NCBI RefSeq assembly: GCF_964194155.1
Contig: NC_135892.1
Span: forward strand, 52,328,001 to 52,392,000
Direction of reading: 5' to 3'
DNA from: Cetorhinus maximus
Taxonomy: Eukaryota
Length of the DNA: 64,000 bases
Position 1 is the first letter of the stretch. Each line of letters starts with the position of its first letter. Of this stretch, positions 63,384 to 64,000 are shown piece by piece. The translations under genes and the position numbers were made by a program. The notes under the pieces were generated by a model. That model worked only from the letters and a program-made list of their open reading frames with translations, had not been told where the DNA came from and did no database searches.

Positions 63384-64000
63384 GGCCAGATTTTTTCTGT
63401 CGGCGATTTGGGCTGGGGCCCGCTCGCCAACGGGAAAATGACGCGGAATGACGTCGGGAGGAACCCCCAATGTCATCCCGGTCCCTTTAAATTTTTAGGA
63501 AGGCGAGCGGACAGGAAAATCACCCTCCGACTTGTCAATGGCCAACTGAGGTCATTGACAGGGTAATTAAGATAATTAAAGACCTGCCTGTCCAACCTTA
63601 AGGTTGGCGGGCAGTCCAGGAGCCCCAGCGGGCTTCTGGTAATACATGAAACCTCATCCACCGGCAGGATGAGGTTTCATGTCCGTTTTTAAAAAGTTTA
63701 ATAAAGTTTATGTCCTTTTTATTAACATGTCCCATCTCGTGTGACATTGTCACATGAGGGGGACATGTTAATAGTATTTTTATTTTGCTATTTTTAAAAT
63801 TTTGTGCACTGTCACTAATCTCCCTGAGACACCACTTAGTCTCAGGGAGCATTGCGCTCTTTCACGCGCATGCGCGAAAGAGCGCACTTTTTGACAGCTG
63901 GGGATTCCCTCCCCCCCCTCCCGCCCCCGTACAGGAAGCACATAGCGCTTTCCGTTGGGCAGGCCGCTGGGCGGGCCTTAATTGGCCCGCCCACTCAAAA
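63384..64000. mobile_element. Harbinger-derived MITE (runs off the window end), well-preserved hairpins
   Basis: TIR ggccagattttttc; same internal hairpin series as 40615-41299. Confidence 0.85.

Overview
Repeat-rich vertebrate genomic DNA. The SINE, CR1, L2, Penelope and Harbinger families look like those of cartilaginous fish, so a shark source is inferred. No intact host gene was found. The backbone appears to be a decayed multi-exon gene on the minus strand (about 49.7 kb down to 2.9 kb). Its exon remnants are collinear with a type-III (DN-/cHz-like, 'neural-cadherin-like') classical cadherin: EC repeats, LamG/EGF modules, TM and catenin-binding tail. Its introns are filled with nested transposons: (1) four degenerate Gypsy-group LTR elements, one with Gmr1-like PR-IN-RT-RH order and one with gag+protease followed by an unrelated acidic cargo; (2) two or three solo LTRs; (3) two bracketed PIF/Harbinger elements carrying a spliced Myb/SANT gene (one also with a HARBI1-like transposase remnant), plus a third Myb remnant; (4) many Harbinger MITEs built from conserved internal hairpins and sharing a target-site preference; (5) Penelope insertions with a GIY-YIG ORF, a minimal hammerhead ribozyme and fold-back mini-elements; (6) an APE-type LINE that starts with a tRNA-like head and shares both ends with a local SINE. 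All family and protein assignments are by eye and from recalled motifs; no database searches were run.
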